64,000 nucleotides of DNA, taken from assembly GCF_018350175.1 (NCBI RefSeq), contig NC_058383.1:3224001-3288000 (forward strand). The letters run 5' to 3'. The notes beneath the pieces were generated by a model. That model ran no database searches. It saw only the letters and a list, made by a program, of their open reading frames with translations, and had not been told where the DNA came from. Below are positions 27,395 through 39,696 of this stretch, piece after piece; position 1 is the stretch's first letter; each line of letters begins with the position of its first letter. This DNA is from Felis catus. Lineage: Eukaryota. The position numbers were made by a program, and so were the translations under genes.

Positions 27395-27482
27395 TTATTC
27401 ATTCAACATGTATGTGTTGATTACATCCTTTCAGTCAGGCTCTGTGCTTAAATACTGGGGGACAAGTGTGCATAAGGCAGAA
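27395..27482 (-). mobile_element. L2 3' end
   Basis: attcattcaacatgtatgtgttgattacatc...gtcaggctctgtgcttaaatactggggga. Confidence 0.7.
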
Positions 27483-28822
27483 CATGTGAGTGTTGAATAT
27501 ACCTCACATCCAAACAGTTTTAAGGTGGTAATCATCTCAGACATCCTGTCCCGTAATGTACTCCCACTTGTATCTGTAATTAAGAGTGGACACTTCATAT
27601 AGAATAGAAGAGTTACGTTGAAGACTTTATATAAATTTACCTCTATTTCCCCATATACTTGCCCTTATGAAAGTACCTATACATGCTATAGAAAAGAGTC
27701 CCTCTGTGGACTAAATTGAAATGTTTGGCAAAGGGTGGACCACATTGGTAACTAAGCTGGTGGAAAGTTGGCCCAGCCCCTCCCTGTCTCTTTCTTCCAT
27801 CTCTCGTGGTCTTTCTCCTACCACAGAAGGACAGTGTGTGTATTACCGGACAGCCACCCCTCTCACATTCGATGGCTGCCTTTCTCCTTGGGGGCTGTGT
27901 TCCCGGTACAATGGTGCTGAATTTCCATCCCATGTACCCAGTGTTTCCCGCCATCTATCCTGAGTATTCTTGTCTTCTCAGCTCACCTCGTCCTTTCTGT
28001 TGGCTTGAAATTCTAAGAAACAGGCCTCTCACATTCTTCCCTTGCTTTCAAAATGTTCTTCCTGCACCTACCGCAAACGGTCAGCAGCACGTGTTTACTT
28101 TGTGGCTGAATACACATGACGTTCCGGTGCCTTAACGTTTATTGAATATCCAGAGACCCATTATTGCCAAAACTACTCGAAAGCAATCTTAGTTCTTATA
28201 ACTATACCAGTAATGGGAGTACATTAATTTTGAAGTTGTCTGCCTTGAAGTAGCTGTGAGGCTGTAAGGCTTGAGATGCAGGCTATACTCAGAACAATAA
28301 GCCTTAAACCATTCCATTCAAAACTTAATTGTTTAATTAACATGGAGAACATTTTAGATGTTTGTGTTTTTAAGGACCTAAAAATAATGTCCTTCATTTC
28401 CTTGTGCTCTAAAGTTTTTAAAAAAATGTACTTGAATATCAATACAAGCTTAATCAAATGCTGCCTTACCATTTGTGATAGTAAAACCACAAACCCAAGT
28501 TATACTTTTATGTTTTATGGGCACAGTTCTTATTTTACTGAACCCTTCACTGAATTTTTATCATAATGTATAAATCAATGCATGTATCACCATCCAGTTT
28601 GTGTGAACGGTGTCAAGGATCAAAAAACTTACTGATAATCGAATACCGTTTATCTTTTTTTGAAAGCCCAAGGATGGGTTGCATTGAAAGTTTTGAGGTA
28701 CATCATGGAGATTTTTTTGGATGTCCCCCGGGACTGCCACTTGGGGCCCACAGCCACTCTTAGGGGAAAGTTAATAAAGTGTTTCCTATTACTTCCTGTA
28801 GTTTGTAAAAACACTGAATCTA

Positions 28823-29032
28823 GGGGGCTCAGTCGGTTAAGCGTCTGAGTCCTAATTTCGGCTCAGGTCATGACCTCGTGGTTCGTGAGTTCAAGCCCCG
28901 CATCCAGCTCTGTGCTGACGGTGCAGAGCCTGCTTGGGATTCTCTGTCTCCCTCTCTCTCTCCACCCCTCCCCAGCTTGCTCTCTCTCAAAACTACATAA
29001 ACATTTTTTAATTAAGTTAAATTTTAAAAAGG
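28823..29032 (+). mobile_element. Can-SINE (Fc3-like, short 5' deletion)
   Basis: ggggctcagtcggttaagcgtc... TSD aacactgaatct at 28810-28821 and 29033-29044. Confidence 0.95.
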
Positions 29033-30284
29033 AACACTGAATCTGAGCTCCTTGGGATATGGGCAGTGTGCACTTGGTTCCGCTTCGTATCTCCTCCACT
29101 CTGAGTTAGGCCTGGGGACTCCAGGCTGACTGAACAGTGGACACAGTTACTTACGTCTCTTCCCATGGCAGTCCGCGCGAACATCTGCCCTTCCATTCCT
29201 GCAGCTCCAAGGTGAGGCGCCTGCTGGGCTGTTTTCTTCCACCACCAAGGGCACTTCTGTAATTAATGTATCTGTGCCACAGGGTGGAAAGCAGGTGTTC
29301 TTTATGGCGTCCAGAATGTGACGTCCTCGGACGTTGGCAGGTGTGGCAGGAAACTCACTTGTAGCTGTGCCCCCTGGTTGGCTCCCCACCCCCACCCCAC
29401 ACATCACATGCATAAGCCCTTGGGTCTAGGCGCCCAGGGGCGTTTTTCCCTCAAGGGGGATTCTGATCAGTGCTGGCGGTCAGAGACCCCAAGGAACTCT
29501 CTGAGGTTTTAACTTTCCCGAAATAGAGAATTCTTATTTTGCTTACTGCCTCAAGAAAGTATTGGGAGAATCAAGTGCAGAGTCAAAGGCACTTGGAACG
29601 TGCCCTCTAAAGTGAGCTCTCTTGTGAACCTTAGCGTCTCCTCCTTAGGGCAGCCCCACGACGAGGGACAGCTGATAGGTTTCTCTCTGAAAACTCCCTG
29701 TGCTTATAGTCAGTAGCAGGTGACCCTTTAACTTGTCCTTCATGAGTCTGACACTCTGGTTTCCCAAGCTGTGGTGCATTTTACCCATACTGGATTACGT
29801 TTTTAAGTTAGTGTATTCTTATCTTTATCACTATCCCAAAGAATTAGAATTACAAGATTTCATTTTGAAATGTAGAATTAAAATGGGGAAGACTAAGGAA
29901 ATAGTTTTATGTAAAACCATACATACGTTTATTTTAATGAAGTTAAAATAAAGGAAGAATCTCTCTGGCTTAATACTATAATTTTCCTGCAGAGTCCATG
30001 TAAGTTTTAAATTAGTACTTCGGAATTATGTGATAAAAAAGCCAAGTAGTCCATATCATGGGCACAGTATTCAGTGCGTGCCCTTGCGTTCATTTTGAAA
30101 GTTGTTCTTCTGTAACAAAAGTGATTTATCCTGGAAAAATTGGAAAAATATTTTAAAACACAGAAATCGAAAGAAAATAAGTTATAATCGTACCACTCAA
30201 CAGGATCTATTAACATTTTATGCCCTGAGGATGCCTTCTTCTCTTTTTGAACTCTAAAGGGACGCTACTGTATATGCTGTACCT

Positions 30285-30760
30285 GGATTCATGTGACTTC
30301 TGGTAACAGAAACCCTAACTTACACAAGTTCAAACATGAACGAAGTACCTCATTCCCCGAAATAGCAAGCCCAGAGACGGGACGGGCTGCAGGATGTGGT
30401 TCATAGACTGGGGCAGCTGGCAAGGTGAAAGACCCCAGTTCTTTCTTTTTTCTCTCTCCTGCTGCCGACGTCATAAGCGTCACACTAAGGTGGCTCTCTT
30501 CGTGGTCACCCCATTGCCACTGCGAACATCTGGACAACACGCTTCCTTGCTCGCATCTAGTGGAGGGAGAAAAGCCCTGGTGCCCAGCCCTGGAAACCCT
30601 GTCCTTCCATCTGGTGAGAGGGGCCTAGAGGCAGCTGCCCCAGAGCAGGGACAGTCACCACATACATGCCAAAGCCACCTGGTTCAAGCCCGGTCTCCTT
30701 TGTCAGTCACTGGCAAGAGGGGTTGGATTACGATGATCAGCTTAGACTAGTTGGGGTCAA
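30285..30760 (-). mobile_element. Old MaLR LTR (MLT1J/I-like)
   Basis: ggtaacagaaaccctaact...aaagaccccagttctttc...cagtcactggcaagaggggttggattacgatgatcagcttagacta. Confidence 0.65.
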
Positions 30761-31329
30761 TTCTGCAAACCACTTTGCTAGTGTAAAATGCTGGAGATGT
30801 GGAATCAATGTTGGAAGTCAACCCCCACCTCAGTAACCAGACGTTTTCACAGAATATTTTATGGACACATGTGAGAGTCATGTTGAAGGATCACTCAGCA
30901 TACTTCCTCATCTTTGCCTTCAGGTTGTTGACTAAGTTGCTCTGACTCTCAAAGTTCTGTCCCTCCTCCTGCTCTTATCTACGCACCGCCTTTCCTCTGC
31001 ATTGCAAGGGTGGCTGCCTGCAGCTCAGGAGAGCACATTTCCTGCCTGGCCTCCGGGAGGGGTGAGAGCTCCCCCCCAAGCAAGCTCCGCCTCCTTCAGC
31101 CGCTGGGCAACTTGGGTCCCGGACCAGCCCCTGATGGTCTTGAGCGTGGCACCGGTACCTGTACTGGCCTCCGATGACCAAGAGACACGCCTGGTGCTGC
31201 GAATGGGCCGATTTGCCCGCATGTGTGGTGCCCCACACAAGGTGTGGGCTCAGCAGAATCAAGGTCTGTTGGGGAAGAAGAATGAACGTGTGGTACCTGC
31301 TCTACTGTCTTTAAAAATCGCTCTTTTCA

Positions 31330-31534
31330 GCGGCGCCTGGGTGGCTCAGTCGTTTAAGTGTCTGACTTCGGCTCAGGTCATGATCTCACGGTTCATGGGT
31401 TTGGGCCCCGCGTCGGGCTCTGTGCTGACAGCTCAGAACCTGGAGCCTGCTTCGGATTCTGTGTCCCTGTCTCTCTTTTGCCACTCCCCCACTCACCCTG
31501 TCTCTCTCTCAAAAATAAACATTTAAAAAAATTT
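31330..31534 (+). mobile_element. Can-SINE (SINEC_Fc2-like)
   Basis: Full head-to-tail match. Imperfect TSD taaaaat(cg/tt)ctcttttc. Confidence 0.95.
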
Positions 31535-32523
31535 TTAAAAATTTCTCTTTTCGCCACCATTGTAACAATTATCTGAATTATCTGAAATTAAGATAACTGT
31601 CTTTAGATAGTTTAATTTTCATTAAAAAAAAATCAGTTTCTTCATTAGACATGCTCTGTTCAGAAAGAGTTGGAGAGGAAGAAAGAATAAAGTCCTCATT
31701 AATCTAATGTTCTCCAAAGCTTTGGCATTTTTGCGGTGTCTTTTTTGGCATAGACAAGTTTTTCCTCATAAGTTTTGACTTAAAATGGTCTAGAAATTAA
31801 AAACTAGAAGAAAAAATGGGCTTAAAGATACAAATTATCATAGATGTAAACTTTAATATTTTTGTTCTTTATGTACTTTTTTATTTTTATAGCCTTGAGA
31901 CAATGTCATAAATAATATAGAGAATTAATAGGCATTTTTGCAGAATAATTCTGAGAAATCATAGACATATTTGAAATTACTATGGCAAAAATCAGATGTT
32001 AAGGAAAAAAGTTATGACATACTCAGTTTTTAAAGTTATACTATTAAGGTGTAACTTCAGGTGTAATAAATATTCATATTTAATTTTAGGTGCTGGTGTG
32101 ACGTGCCCTAAAATAAAATGGAACAATTTCTGTGGTTCTATAAAGGAATCTATAAAGGAGTCATAAATAATTATAGTAAAGCTTCTTTGAGGTATTTTTA
32201 TGGGAGTAAAAATTGAAAACGTGTTAATAGGGAAATTTTTGTGAGAAAGAGGTGAGTTAGTCTTAGAGACCTCAAGCTGCAATATATCGTATGGGAACCC
32301 TGAATAAGCAGTTAACTTCTCAAGATAATCTTGCATAATGTATAAAAGTTGAGAGTTTTTGAAAAAGAAGGTAGCAGAAGGTAGCAGGAAGGAAAAAATT
32401 ATTATTATAGTAAAATTCCCCGTGACAGATCACCCAGTTTCTGTGTTTTTTTCTGTTACCAGAATGGAGACCTTATCTGGATTTGGAAGGGCTACGACTG
32501 CCTAGGATTAAAATGAACAAATA

Positions 32524-32728
32524 GGGGCGCCTGGGTGGCTCAGGTGGTTGAGTGTCCGACTCTTGATTTCGGCTCAGGTCATGATCCCAGGGTCGTGGGA
32601 TCGAGCCCCATGTTGAGCTTCACATTGAGCTTAGGGCCTGCTCTGCCTCTTGCCCCCGTTCGCGTGCTTGCTCACTTGCTCTGTGTCTCTCTTAAATAGA
32701 TAAATGGATTAATTAATCAAGATAAAAC
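32524..32728 (+). mobile_element. Can-SINE (older subfamily)
   Basis: ggggcgcctgggtggctcagg...gatcccagggtcgtgggatcgagcccc. Perfect 14-bp TSD aaaatgaacaaata at 32510-32523 and 32729-32742. Confidence 0.95.
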
Positions 32729-33094
32729 AAAATGAACAAATAAACGTATTTCCTGTAGAATGACAACTTGTGTGCAGCCGTGGGACTCACTTCAGGTCCC
32801 AAGGTGCTCCCAGCATTGGGAACTAAGAGCCCTTTGGTGCTCAGAATGTGTCTTACTCTCAGTGGGAGGCCGCCCTTTGTATTTTGTGTTTTGCAGCAAA
32901 ATCTACAAATGCTAGCAAGAGCAGAGGATACCAGAACAGCTTATTTTAATTAAAAGCTGCTTGGATTTATGGAAGTTGTGTCTTTGTTGTTCTTCTTCCT
33001 CTTCTTTTGAATAACCTGGTGAGTCTAGGTGTGATCTGCTTGGCAGAGCATCTGTTCATACGTGGGAAGAGCGTGTTCTCCCTCTGGTATTGTT

Positions 33095-33220
33095 ACCTTG
33101 CTAGGTTACCTTGAACGAATAACTTAACCTCCCTGTTCCTCAGTTTTCTCATTTCTGAAGAGAGGGTGGCTGGTCAAATGTGTCTCCCAGGTTCTTTCCT
33201 GCAGCAGAATTGGGCTCTAT
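33095..33220 (+). mobile_element. MIR3/MIRc-like SINE
   Basis: accttgaacgaataacttaacctccctgttcctcagttttctcatttctgaa...ctcccaggttctttcc. Confidence 0.7.
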
Positions 33221-33869
33221 GGGAAGTCTCCGTGAGGAGGGGTCAGACTGTGAAATGGGCGGGGCGGGGAGATGGCTGGGGTGAAGGACGAGCAGGCCTG
33301 GCATCAGCAGTTATGGGAGAATGCAGTTGAAAGGGCCAGCACCATGCCCACTGGCAACTTTTCTTCTACCCGCCAGTTGAGAAATAGAGGTACAGAAACT
33401 CTAATGAGGTTCCTTGGGAGGTGGAGAAAACCGCAGCAAATTCATTTGCCCCCCGGTCTAGGTTTTGGGCGGTTCCGCCTTCCATCTGAGAGTTTGTTTA
33501 TAGTTTGTGGCCATGGTGTGATCTCACGGCCCTGCCTGAAAGAAAAAGACCAGCCCTTCTGGGATTTCTTGAACTTGTTACAAGTTCCCAGGGGAAGCTC
33601 TGAGTTTTTAACTAACCCTGGATATGTGAGTGCCTCACAACCGAGGGTCAGTAGGGAAGCAGAGGGCTCAAAGCCTCCCTACTGGAGTGTGGACGAGGCC
33701 AGAGGAGGCTCAGCCACCGCCATGTGCCTCAGCTCGGCCTGTGTGTTTTTGTCCTTCGAGATCTTTTTAAAGCCCTGGACACGCCTCTCTCGTTGGCCTG
33801 ATAAACTAATTTGCCTTAGAACAAGAAGCGCTGTGGAGTGGCTCTGACGCTGTCTCTTGTCTGACACAG

Positions 33870-34003
33870 AGCCATCACACTGGAAAATCAACTGGTGATC
33901 CTTGCAGCGACAGCGGGTGATGCCAGGGTTTACTACGCGCAGGCCGTCAACGAACGCAACGGAGACAGCAAGACCAGCCCGCTCGTTCACCTGAGCGTAG
34001 CAG
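33870..34003 (+). CDS. SDK1: Sidekick cell adhesion molecule 1, internal coding exon (134 nt, phase 2 to phase 1; C-terminal half of Ig domain 2; equivalent to human exon 5)
   Basis: Branch-point-like CTGAC at 33844-33848, acceptor tgtctcttgtctgacacAG, donor CAG|GTGAGT at 34004. Translates [44 protein letters not shown], recognisable as sidekick Ig2 (recalled human SDK1: [44 protein letters not shown]). ENQLVILA and TSPxxHLS favour SDK1 over SDK2. Not present in the ORF track. Confidence 0.95.
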
Positions 34004-37000
34004 GTGAGTTTTGAGACACCACATGATAATTCTGAAAGCAATAAAGTCTTGATTTAATTAATACATGTCTCACGGGGCCCTTTGCAATCAATCTTCTGTC
34101 TCTAGGATGGTGGCCATGGTTCAATATTGATCCGCTGTCAATAGTTGCTTTCTTTGAAGCTGTACGGGTAAAATGTGAACACAACAGGTGATGCCCACTG
34201 CAAGATCTTATTCGTTTTGGGGGTTTCAAAAATCGTTTTTAACGTGTATTGTTTTTAACAACAAATCTTGGCTTATAAGGAGTTCCATCAATGAACCTTA
34301 TTTGAGACTAGATTAGGCACAGGTTATGTTAATTTAAAAATAAAATCCTTGAGAAAACATAAATATTGTGTTCAAATTAGCAGTGTTTCTTAATCATAAT
34401 GAGCTGACCAATTTTTCTACCTGATTTAACGGAACTGTGAAGAGAACACGCACAATTACCGTTACACCTGCAGTTTATTTACAGAAATGTTAGTCTGAGG
34501 AAACTTAGTTTAAACACTTGGCCTTTGAAGAGGTCTCTAGGAATTCTCCCAGAGTTGATTGCTGGAGAAGGGGAAAATGACCAGAAGCAAAAACTCTGAC
34601 CTAAAAGATTAAAGCGTGCGTCTCACGGGGCCCGTCGCCAGGCGTTTGCAGCATGAAGCTTCATGGGATGAAATGAGGCGATTTTGTGTTGAGAAAACAC
34701 AGGTGGGAAATAGTTGTAGACTTCAGAATTCCGTGATCACATCAGACAAGAGTGAAGTAAGTGATTTTGTCTGTATGGTAGCAGACGTCACCTTTTTGAG
34801 AAATGTCTCTGAGCAGTGGCTTCCCCCTCGGGTTTGAAAAGTTTCCTTTCATTCATGGGTTGGGATCATAGCGTTTGCTGCTTGTGCTCCCCGAGGGATA
34901 CGATTGCACGAAGCCAAGTAGGGCTGGCCGAGGGAACGTCTGTAGCAAACATGGGGTAGGAGAACCCGGGGTTACCTGGTCGGCTTCTACGTCCCCTCAC
35001 GTTCCTGGTAAGTGCCCCCAAGTGGCCATTATCCTGCCATCAGCCCCTTTGTTCCTGGGAATTGAAACCTGATCTCCAGATTATAGACTGGGCACAGACT
35101 GGGCTGTCCCCATGGCCTTTTTAAGGCTTTGGAGAGTTATGTACATCGACTAGGTGTGGTGTTCACAAAATATAGGCCAGGAGGTACTGATATTTAAAGG
35201 ACCAGAGTGGAAATAAATATGACTTCTCAAGAATTTTTTTCAGTATTGATAACAACAGATGGAAATCACATTATTAAATAGATTGATTGCTTTAGTGATT
35301 TCCAAGTTTTACAATTACAGCCATTTCTTCTATTTAGAAAATAGATTTATCACTCAATTGTGATATACCTACCAGGATAATAATTGGTCAAACTGGTAAA
35401 ATTCTAGGTCAGAAACAAGGAAATTGGCCTCAGTCTGTTGGAAGAGAGAAAAAAATTCCACAAATATTCTGGTTAATGTAATGCTAACATCAAAGAGTTA
35501 TGAAATAGTCTGAACCCATGGTGTTCTACATTGCCTATTGTAGAAAGGCCAGTAGGAAACAAAACTAAAACAGTGATTTTGCAAGTTGCCATACTAATGG
35601 ATACCGTAGCGTTAGGTAATTGGGATATGTAAATGCTTTTTCAGTAATTTCAGTTTCTACTCCAACCCAGAAGTGTATTGGGAGTAGCTCATAAATATTA
35701 TAATTAACTGCCTTGCATTTTGCTCCTTGTGTATTTTTATCTTTTCATTGGCACCGGGTAAAATGTGTAGAAGGTGGGTTACAAAGAGGTTGGTGATACG
35801 GACGGACTTGTTTTAAATCTCAGGAGAAAAGCTGCCTACTGTTTCCTTATATAGTCTTTGTTTTTTATTGGGTCCAAGTAAAATGTGAAGAATGAGAAGG
35901 TTGAGGAACCGGCCTTATTTTGATTCTTAGGATAACATTCTGTTGACATATTGGATTTAGCTGAAAGTTAAATGGCACTCAATTATGCGCTTTCTCACTA
36001 AAAATCCTATTTTGAAACCTCTAAAGATCAGGAAATTGATAAATCTGCAGAAACCCCAGAACTGTGTGTTTACATGTCGCTTCCTTCCGGAACAGTGGCA
36101 GAACCTATAGTTCAGGACTCCCTGCAGCACCGGGGGAGGCTGCTTGGGGATGAGGTGTCCTCAGCACACTTACACATCTTTTGTTTCTTTTCTTTTTTTT
36201 TTTTCCTGATGGAGGCTTTGTAAAAACACCAAACAAGATTGATGAAATTTTTTTTCAAAACTTGCCAGCCAGCATTTCTGAAGAATCCAAAGATGCTACC
36301 GCCAATTATCATTTAACGAAGATAAATTTTTCTTCGGCATCAGGAGAGTAAAATAAAGAATGTTTCTGTAGTGAATACGACTGAGGTTGGTAGGGGTAAC
36401 TGGAGGTTGAGTTCCTGGTGCCTTGTACTGTAGCTGATTTGAAATTGGAGGGTGCCTGGCGGCCCCACCTCTCGTTCCCTATCCTAAGAATAAGCTGTCC
36501 CCCCTGCAGGACAGCCCAGTGTCAGGTGGGAGAGCACAGGGGGGCCGGCCTTGCCTCCAAACATCTAAATGAGTGATGCCCTAACACCCAGCCCCCCCAG
36601 GGAGAATGCTGTATCTTCCCCAACAGCTGTGGACTTGAGAGTTCAAAACCTCGCCACCGTTTCGGTTGCCAAACGCTTTACCTACACTGGAAGCGTATGG
36701 GAAGCAGAAGATAAAGAGGGTTTAAATAGAAATAAATAAATGTTGACAAAAGCGTGACAATTAGAGGAGAAATGCAGTCCCATAATGGTGCCGCCTGCTG
36801 TTGGTGCGTGGTTGGTGCGTGGTTGGTTCTCATCTCTTCACGTTTCTCCCCCTTTTGTCTGGCCAAGAAGATAAATTGCAGCATGTGCTGCACAGATACC
36901 TCCTGTCCTGCAGGAGAGGCCATCTCTGAACTCTCCGTTCTCCTCCCCCGTGAAAGCTTGCTGCCGTCTCAGGGGTGGCTTTGCTTTGAAGTTGTGATGT

Positions 37001-38277
37001 GACGTGAAGCCAGCAGATGTCAAGGACATAGGTGGGACCGTTGAAGCGCCCTGCATGAATTTTTCATCGCTGGCTCCCGCAGTTCAGGTGCACGCCAGAA
37101 AAAGAATGGGCTGAACTCACCCGAGAGTAGACGTTTCTATTCTGAGGTCAGACCCAGGCAAGCTTTTATAAACCTGTCGACCTGCTTTTGGTTTTTGCTT
37201 TGAAGATTTTACATTGAGTTAACTTTTGTGGATCAGATCTTCTGAACTGAATGAATATGTGAATAAGAGCTTCTCCTTAAAATCAGAGAAAAGGGTAGAG
37301 TCAGGAGATGAGAGGAATTCCGCACGATGATCAATCCATCATTGTGTGACGGCCGCCTGCACACCTCGACACATCATCGCTTCTGACCCGATGCGCAGGA
37401 CGCCAGGCGTAATGAGAGTCTCTGCCGGGGAGGAGGCTTAGGGGGAGAGAGACACGGCCGCCTGCCTCCTTCCCGTGTTTTCACGTCTTTCATTTCAATG
37501 CCTGCTCTTCAAACAAAGTCCTCAGCTAGCATATCATTTTAGCTGATCCTCCTTCGGGCTGACAAACCGTGGCTTTTCATTCTGAAGACCACTTAACATT
37601 CTTTTGTCCTCTATAATGCTAATTTGACTGCAGACCTCATATAGGCTTAGTAGTTGAGACCGGATTCCTGAGAATAATGTCCAGGAACAGTCAAACAGTC
37701 ATCTGAGAGAGCTGCCCGGTAAAACCTGACTTTTGTGTGCCCAGATAAGATTCTCTCTTGTTTTCTTTGTGCCTTAAAATTTCAGGGAGAGAGGGGGCAA
37801 GGCATGAGCCTGTCAAGTGTGCTCTGACGTGGGTTGGATTCCCAAAGCAATAGTAGCAGTTTGAAATATTACTGGAAACCTGTCTAGAGACTGTGGCCCT
37901 CCCACAAATGATCAATTTAGAATCCTGCTACAGCTTTACACATTGTAGGAACCTTTACTGCCAGAACTTTGAGAAACACATATAGCAAGTGTCATGTGCT
38001 TTATGGTAGAGTGATGAGTTAATCATTTAGGACGGATTGAGCCTTCTAAGTGGGGTGTGTGATGAGACGTGCTCTGGCCCGGGGATCCTGGGGCTGGGCG
38101 TGAGCAGAACTGAGTGTAGGCTGTGGTCTCTAAAGCGTGTTTGTAGGCACTCCATCAGGAAATAAGCCTTGAGCCTTCACCCTAACATATGCACACTCAG
38201 TTGTTTATAGATTATAAGCATAAGAGATACAAAAGAGATAAGTGGTATCTTTAGTGTTTTGCTAATCTTGAACATCT

Positions 38278-38733
38278 TATTAATCTTAAAAATAAGACAA
38301 GTAGTTATTTTACCAGTAGAAGTGAGTTTATTCAGGAATAACAGAACATTGCAATTCAGGACAAGCAAACCATGGCAAAACCATAGGCAAATCCAAGAAA
38401 CAAAGGAGAGGAACGTTGTTTTATGGAGAAGGAGGAAGTTGTATGTGGCGGGGCGGGGATTGAACAAACATCCATTGGGGAGAAACAAGGGTTCATGGTG
38501 GTGACGGTCCTCGGTTGGCTGAGTTGCAGGGTGGTTGATTTTGTTTAGGGCACGCATTGCATTGTCTTGGCCTGCCGGGCCCTGTAGCTGAGGTTTCTTT
38601 CCTGTTGATTGTTCTTCTCTTGGGTCTGTAATAGACATTTCTTCCTGTGAGAGACATCGAGTGATGTCACTCCAGCCTCCCGTTCTAGCCCCCGAGCCGA
38701 CTTCAGTGAGGTTCCCCTTCATTAATTTTTAGA
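38278..38733 (-). mobile_element. ERV solo LTR (probably ERV1 class; subfamily not confidently named)
   Basis: About 455 bp, minus-strand AATAAA about 50 nt from the 3' end (tttatt near 38327), decayed TG..CA-type ends. Resembles a recurrent carnivore LTR (gaattgcaattcgggacaagcaa...gcaaaaccataggcaa). Confidence 0.7.
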
Positions 38734-39009
38734 TTCATTCCATCTTTAGTTCGTGTCTCATGGCACAATAGACACTTCTTGAGTGGAAATCCATATTTTA
38801 CGTCGTCTTCCTGCTGTTTAGTTTTTTGGACAAATTCTTGCAACCTCTGTTTAAGGAGACTATGTATCCAGTATCATTGCCGATGCAGAGCCGCTGTTCG
38901 TCGTCCTCTTCTGTGCTGCCTGTGGAGTGACTCCAATCTGTGCCTCTTGCCAGGAACGCTTGTGTCTGGTTATCTATTCTGTGACAGTTAGTTTAGTTAA
39001 AACCAAATA

Positions 39010-39334
39010 TAGCTGGTCCTTGAAGAACACGAGTTTGAACTGCATGGGTCCCCTTACATGCACGTTTTTTTCCCGATAAACACAGTATGGCTCTGTAAAT
39101 GTATTTTCTCTTCCTTATGATTTTCTTAATGATGTTTGTTCTCTAGCTTATTTTATTATAAGAATATAGCATGTAATACATAAAACCTACAAAATTTTAT
39201 GCTAATCGAGTGTTATATTATTGGCAACAGTAGGCTATTAGGAGTTAAGTTTGGGGGAGTCAAAGTTATACACAGATTTTCAACTGTGCGGGATGTCAGC
39301 AACCCAACCCCCATGTTGTTCCAGGGTCCACTCG
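39010..39334 (+). mobile_element. Tigger2a-type (Tc1/mariner-Tigger) non-autonomous DNA transposon
   Basis: Degenerate TIRs tagctggtccttgaagaacac ... atgttgttccagggtccactcg, upstream TA, internal gtaaatgtattttctcttccttatgattttcttaat. Confidence 0.88.
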
Positions 39335-39568
39335 ACACAAATACGTCTGTCTGGGCGAAGGTGAAACCACAGCCCATTGGCAAGTTCTGAGAGCAGACAG
39401 ATACATGAGGGCATCCTGTCTACCTCCTTGAAAATGCACATTTTTGGTTCTCCCCTTGAGAGAATGTGCATTAATTACAGTGTATGATGTGGGGCCATCC
39501 CACCAACACACCTGGCATTATCAAAGGTTAGTTTTCTTTTTATGACTTTGCTTTAAAAACATAGATTA

Positions 39569-39696
39569 GGGGCGCCTGGGTGGCTCAGTCAGTTGAGTAT
39601 CCAACTCTTGATTCCAGCTCAGGTTGTGATCTCAGGGTCGTGAGTTCAAGCCCTGTGTTCAAGCCCTTACTTAAAATTAAAAAAAAAAAAAAAAAA
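39569..39696 (+). mobile_element. Short Can-SINE lacking the (CT)n region
   Basis: tRNA-like head followed directly by cttacttaaaa and an A-rich tail. Confidence 0.9.

Larger units (their letters stand above)
1..33869 (+). other. SDK1: SDK1 intron upstream of the exon (partial, extends beyond the window)
   Basis: The preceding Ig2 coding sequence (...VTWFREGHKIIPS...) was not seen. SDK1 5' introns are known to be very long. The three large L1 fragments lie antisense to the + strand, as is typical inside genes. Confidence 0.75.

Noticed and set aside
33272..34041. 191-aa plus-strand ORF and 120-aa minus-strand ORF near the exon
   Set aside because: The first stops before the acceptor and has no Ig character. 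The second is the antisense shadow of the real SDK1 exon.
38177..38722. 181-aa minus-strand ORF
   Set aside because: Lies almost wholly within a solo LTR, with no gag, pol or env motifs.
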